From IMG/VR virus record IMGVR_UViG_3300027571_000050, positions 1 to 29,141 of that record: a stretch of 29,141 nt of DNA, one strand, 5' to 3'. The position numbers and the translations under genes are program-made. The notes under the pieces are model-generated. The model searched no databases and was not told where the DNA came from. It saw only the letters and a program-made list of their open reading frames with translations. How positions within the stretch are numbered: position 1 is the first letter of the stretch; each line of letters begins with the position of its first letter. This document shows positions 26,133 through 29,141 of this stretch, piece after piece. This DNA is from a virus (taxonomy: Duplodnaviria; Caudoviricetes).

Positions 26133-29100
26133 CTAAACTGGTGTTACGACTGAAGAATCCCATTTTACGTCTTTATATACAGAATATTTGTAAGAATTAA
26201 ACTGAAGAGTCTTATCTGATGTTACTAATATCCTATTTGTTCCAGAATACTCTCTAAATATTGTAGAGGGATCTACTATATAGGCTCCTTCAACAGAAAT
26301 ATATAGAATATCCTGCCATAGCAATTGTGTGGGTGTAGTTAGATCTTCCCAAAAGTTTGCCAAATCTGATAGCTGATTCCACTTTCTAAAGATAACGCTC
26401 AGGGATGTTTGAGTGGATGGTAGCTGATAGTAAGATATGTTGTTAAATAGTGCTGGGCCAGTTAGCCTGATTGCACCAAGCTCTCCCTCAAACAGTAAGG
26501 AATCTGAAAACTGAATACCGATAATAGACCAGGAATCCATCTCTAGGAATAGGTCCTTGACGATAATTCCATTTAGGTAATATGCTATACCAGATACTGG
26601 AAGCTTAGTCTCTTGATTAATACCGTATATCTGACCACGTGTTCTTGATGCATTAGTGGCTACTAAATAAAACTTTGCGTATAGGTTCGAAGACTCTACC
26701 TCGAAAATCTCTGTAGCAGTTTCTGGAAAAAGTCCCTCTTGGTACTGCATGGCAAACTGGATAGCACCAATTGCATACTCAGTGACAAGCGATCTGTTTA
26801 TGGGTATTGATATGCCTGTCTTACCAGGGTCTCCGCAGACTTTTATACCGCTATATTTTGATGTATAAAGGTATGGGGTGCTACCCTTGTAGGTAGAATA
26901 TGCACCTATAGACTTATAGTTATAGTATATTGCACTTCTAGAGTATGGGTATATGTCATATCCGAATCTAGTTCCGACTGGATTTGGGGACTTAAAGTTG
27001 AGAGACTGTGAGGCTAACTGAAGGCTTTTCACCTTTACTGGAGTAGTCTGGGTACCTGGATTTTGTATCTCTACGTGAATTCCAATAGACAAGTTCTTAA
27101 AGTCTGCACTAGATGGAAGTTTTATGATATCTCCAGAAACTACCTCGTACTTTGTCTGTAGCCACTCGGATCCTGGCTGAACTACGTGGTTTTGAGCAGG
27201 CTGTGCCCTTGTTGTAAAATATTGATCCAGACTGTTTGATCCATTAGCCAGATACTGGAAGGTTACATATGTCCTAACTATGGAGCCACTAGTGTCTATG
27301 GATCCATCTGGAGATGTGAGCGGCCTTGGGACTGAACAATTAAACTGAATAAAATCTAGGTCTAATACCGTATCCCCAGACCCATCTGATACGTAACTAG
27401 CCAAATAAGAAAGAGGAACATAGTCTTCCCAGTATGAATCTACAGCAACATCTAAAGTAAAGGTGTCTACTATGTGTCTAGGAACCATTGTGTAGCTTGC
27501 TATGTGGTCCTGGAACCTTCCAAAAACAAATGAGTCCGCAAAGCCACCATCCATCACTGCCTCGAAAGATACCCACGTTCCAGATATCGGATCTATAAAT
27601 CCACCTATCACATCAAATGGTATTTGTCCGTCTAGGCCTTCTGCGTCAAAGTAAAGATAGAAGACATCTGAGAGGTCGGACGCCGATGATGCCGCTCCGT
27701 TATTACTGAAGAATGATTCGACCTTTTGTGCATTTCGGCTTGTGCAGAATCCAACATTATATATTCTTCCAGAGAATGTTTTTTCAAAATTTTTGCTTCC
27801 ACCAACGTAAACCTTTAGCTGATCCTTATTTCCAAAAAATGTTTTTAGGCTACCGTTATAAGTATTGGCAAGCTTTTCTATATTAAGACCTACAGAAAAC
27901 GCCACGTTTGGAACAATTGTTTCTAATGAGTACAGAGTACTAGCTTCTGAGTTGCCATATTTAAACTTATAGCTAATGAGGTTATCTTGTAGGGTAATTG
28001 CAAAATAGTTTCCTGTTGTTTCATTCTCTATGTTAACTAGTATTTGCTCTAGGGCTGAGTTCTCGGTTGGCTTAACAACAGCATAGATAGCAGCAACATC
28101 CTCTCCAATAGCATTTAGCTTATTAAAGAATAGGTATCCGTTTTCAGAGGACCAGTCTGTTGGCCTTAGAGTTATATAATCTCTAGCCTCTCCAGAAGAA
28201 TTATTATCCACCTTGTTCTCAGATAGCCAGTTATTATAAGTTCTAGATGGTGAAGAGAATACCGCCGATGGTGGCAAATAGTTAGGTGTTGAAATTGATG
28301 TGTTGTTTACAAATAGATTATCTGTAGCTCCCTGAGACCATCTACCAATATCTGGATAGTTGTAGTTGTTTGTATAGTCAGAGAATGAGTAGTCCATGAA
28401 AACTGATGCCCCATTATATGCGGTATTTAAGTTTTCTGGAAACTCGACCCCTTGACCATATACAAACCTTCTCTTAGCAACTACTTCTGGTACCCTGTAT
28501 GGATAGATGCCTATGCAATCAATCTCCATTACAGAAAGATCTTCATATGAATATATACCGAGCCAATCCTGATCCTTGTTGGTAGATGTGACTGTGTCAT
28601 AGATAAACTTTTCTGGAAAAGATAAGGAGTTCTCGTCTAAAGATAAAGAGATAACCACCTCTCCATTAACTATTAGGCTGGCCGACTTTGAGCTGATTCT
28701 TGTATCTAATAACATTGGCCTACCCCACTCTCCTACAAAGTGCGATCCTATAACATCCCCTATCTTAAGCATCAGGAATTGGCCGCTGACATATAGTCCA
28801 TCTGTTGAGTCTATGTATACGCCATTTGACAGAACCTTGCCTATTGGCCCCATAATTCTTCTTGGTTCGCTTGTGTAAGTATCTACCCTAAGCCAAAATT
28901 CTACGGTATGCTCTCTATACTTGCCAGACTCATTCATTGCACCAAAACCAGGGAAGATTATAGATGGTCCGCTGTTGCTATAAACCTTGGTAGAACTAGA
29001 TGCACCGTATACCATTGGAGATCCAGTGTTTCTAGCATAAAGCTGATTATCTGAAGAAATGTAGTAGGCGGTCTCATCTGCAAAGCCATATGGTGCTGCA

Positions 29101-29141
29101 GGAACTCCGTACTGCTGATCTGTGTATATTGATTCTGGCAA
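26133..29141 (-). CDS. Large beta-rich protein with concanavalin/LamG-like domains, 5'-truncated by the window edge; probably virion-associated
   Basis: The frame is open to the window edge (>1002 aa). LamG-like patterns: HTVEFWLR...ASLIVNGEVV, VYVGGS....FSGRIYNVGF and YYLNG.....WSIIGI. Rich in Y, S, N and G. Confidence 0.6.
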   Translation of the reverse strand: MPESIYTDQQYGVPAAPYGFADETAYYISSDNQLYARNTGSPMVYGASSSTKVYSNSGPSIIFPGFGAMNESGKYREHTVEFWLRVDTYTSEPRRIMGPIGKVLSNGVYIDSTDGLYVSGQFLMLKIGDVIGSHFVGEWGRPMLLDTRISSKSASLIVNGEVVISLSLDENSLSFPEKFIYDTVTSTNKDQDWLGIYSYEDLSVMEIDCIGIYPYRVPEVVAKRRFVYGQGVEFPENLNTAYNGASVFMDYSFSDYTNNYNYPDIGRWSQGATDNLFVNNTSISTPNYLPPSAVFSSPSRTYNNWLSENKVDNNSSGEARDYITLRPTDWSSENGYLFFNKLNAIGEDVAAIYAVVKPTENSALEQILVNIENETTGNYFAITLQDNLISYKFKYGNSEASTLYSLETIVPNVAFSVGLNIEKLANTYNGSLKTFFGNKDQLKVYVGGSKNFEKTFSGRIYNVGFCTSRNAQKVESFFSNNGAASSASDLSDVFYLYFDAEGLDGQIPFDVIGGFIDPISGTWVSFEAVMDGGFADSFVFGRFQDHIASYTMVPRHIVDTFTLDVAVDSYWEDYVPLSYLASYVSDGSGDTVLDLDFIQFNCSVPRPLTSPDGSIDTSGSIVRTYVTFQYLANGSNSLDQYFTTRAQPAQNHVVQPGSEWLQTKYEVVSGDIIKLPSSADFKNLSIGIHVEIQNPGTQTTPVKVKSLQLASQSLNFKSPNPVGTRFGYDIYPYSRSAIYYNYKSIGAYSTYKGSTPYLYTSKYSGIKVCGDPGKTGISIPINRSLVTEYAIGAIQFAMQYQEGLFPETATEIFEVESSNLYAKFYLVATNASRTRGQIYGINQETKLPVSGIAYYLNGIIVKDLFLEMDSWSIIGIQFSDSLLFEGELGAIRLTGPALFNNISYYQLPSTQTSLSVIFRKWNQLSDLANFWEDLTTPTQLLWQDILYISVEGAYIVDPSTIFREYSGTNRILVTSDKTLQFNSYKYSVYKDVKWDSSVVTPV

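Noticed and set aside
29139-29141. TTG start of the 1002-aa ORF
   Set aside because: Window-edge artefact; the gene most likely starts upstream of the window.
1-29141. CRISPR array, tRNA, intron/intein, diversity-generating retroelement, stop-codon recoding or contractile sheath
   Set aside because: No spaced repeats, cloverleaf-sized gaps, reverse transcriptase, intein motifs, fragmented ORFs or sheath gene were seen. Genes tile the window in the standard code.

Overview
This window is the virion morphogenesis module of a tailed dsDNA phage with a long non-contractile tail (siphovirus), encoded entirely on the minus strand. In transcription order it holds: a truncated >1000-aa LamG-like protein, a small hypothetical, portal, prohead protease with a fused or nested scaffold, HK97-fold major capsid protein, an acidic repeat protein, four head-tail joining genes, major tail protein, two paralogous tail assembly chaperones, a 2561-aa tape measure protein with a LysM domain, distal tail, a large tail-tip protein, four minor tail proteins and an HTH protein. 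There is no terminase, sheath, tRNA, CRISPR or mobile element. Near-leaderless extended -10 promoters and recalled similarity to large Streptomyces siphoviruses suggest an actinobacterial host (inference only). The most unusual signal is the chaperone locus: the usual frameshift-generated G/G-T pair appears to be replaced by a gene duplication, giving one in-frame G-T gene and one separate G gene, each with its own promoter and a different initiation mode. Other notable signals are a nested scaffold start with its own promoter and SD inside the protease gene, a uORF and hairpin over the major tail SD, a modular tape measure protein, and small beta domains inserted into several structural proteins. 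All product calls come from motifs and synteny; no database search was run.
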